Origin: Setoptus koraiensis
Lineage: Eukaryota; Animalia; Arthropoda
Direction of reading: 5' to 3'
DNA length: 64,000 nt
Assembly: GCA_048013815.1 (NCBI GenBank)
Contig: CM106586.1
Span: 5,642,001-5,706,000 of the forward strand
A model generated the notes under the pieces. It was given only the letters and a program-made list of their open reading frames with translations, made no database searches and was not told the DNA's origin. Below are positions 63,049-64,000 of this stretch, one piece after another. The position numbers were made by a program, and so were the translations under genes. Within the stretch, counting starts at the first letter, position 1. Each line of letters opens with the position of its first letter.

Positions 63049-63451
63049 TGATACGACGAAGAAAAAAAAATACGACCATGATTGGCAATAACACCAGCGA
63101 GCCATAATTTCACGTGATTACGTTTTCACGACAACACACACACACACACACACATTATATTAATATTATTGCACAAACAAACAAGCACACTAATAAAAAT
63201 ATATATATATATATATAAATAACAATGATTTTACGCAGCCAATAAACACAATGGGGCCGACAGGCCAGTTGATGGGCCAGATAGATGGGCAGAGGCACAA
63301 ATTGGGCGCCAAATTTCGACGCAACAGTTATCGACATGCCAGAACTTTTTTCGCAAAATTGCGGCCAGCCAAACATCGATTGAGACGGCCTAGAGCGAGC
63401 AAGTTTTTCTGAGACAAAGTTTTTCTCGCGAGCATCATCCGAATAGCCGAA

Positions 63452-63510
63452 TTTCGGATGTTTCGGATGTTTCGGATATTTCGGATATTTCGGATATTTC
63501 GGATATTTCG
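63452..63510. repeat. 9-bp tandem repeat tttcggat(g/a) x6.5
   Basis: Direct count. Confidence 0.95.
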
Positions 63511-64000
63511 ATTATCGCCATTTTTAGCACGGGCCAGAGTCCGTGCTGAAAACCGCACAAGACTTTCAATGATCGGGCCCGAATCGTGGCCACAATATCA
63601 TGCGCCAGTCGATAGATAATTATAGGCCTGGTGAACCTCAGCCGGGTCTTGGCAGCGCCCCCGAACGAGATTCCGGCGAACTATGAGTGCATTTGTGGGG
63701 CCCGCGGGGGCCAGCTTCGGAACGAGCACACACACACAGACACTGCGTCAGTGTTTGTCTGGTGTCTGATTGTTGCGCAATCGCGTAAAAGTCAGCGGAG
63801 GCGCGCGCACAAACTCTATCTATACGGGATAGAAAATTCTTTCAGACAGTCACTTGTTCGAGCGAAATTCTTTGTTTGTTCATCCGTTGGCTCGCTGGCT
63901 CGCTGGCTCATCTATATATAGCCATTTGCGATCTAAATAGCCAAGTGTAGTTGCTATCAGCATTTGTTGCAATCAAAAGTCAAGCGAGCTCGCGCTGGCA

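Overview
Gene-dense eukaryotic DNA from an arthropod, most likely a compact-genome acariform mite. This is inferred from a group-I chitin deacetylase, a chelicerate-style HF-amide peptide, many intronless housekeeping genes and ~100-160 bp GT-AG introns. Recognisable genes in order: GALT (last exon), CRELD, DENND5, tra2, an FMRFamide-related (HF-amide) neuropeptide precursor, a pickpocket/DEG-ENaC channel, SLC25A46, DBR1, a DH44/CRF-type class B GPCR, ABHD1/3, MOSPD2, PNPO, SLC35C1 and a verm/CDA2-like chitin deacetylase. Spliced or orphan genes missed or fragmented by the ORF track: a secreted acidic/Pro-His tri-block protein (39975-41089), a probable secreted orphan (5269-6212), and a TPR-like plus paired-RED-like HTH protein (49529-50560). 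The most unusual structure is two patchwork insertions, each between long direct repeats and each holding pieces copied from a gene about 9-10 kb downstream. One is an LTR-like piece, a hairpin and a 691-bp DENND5 copy behind GALT; the other is a deleted, partly inverted, partly re-homogenised ppk copy. No tRNA, rRNA or CRISPR array was recognised. All gene models were built by eye from splice signals and phase and need RNA-seq confirmation.
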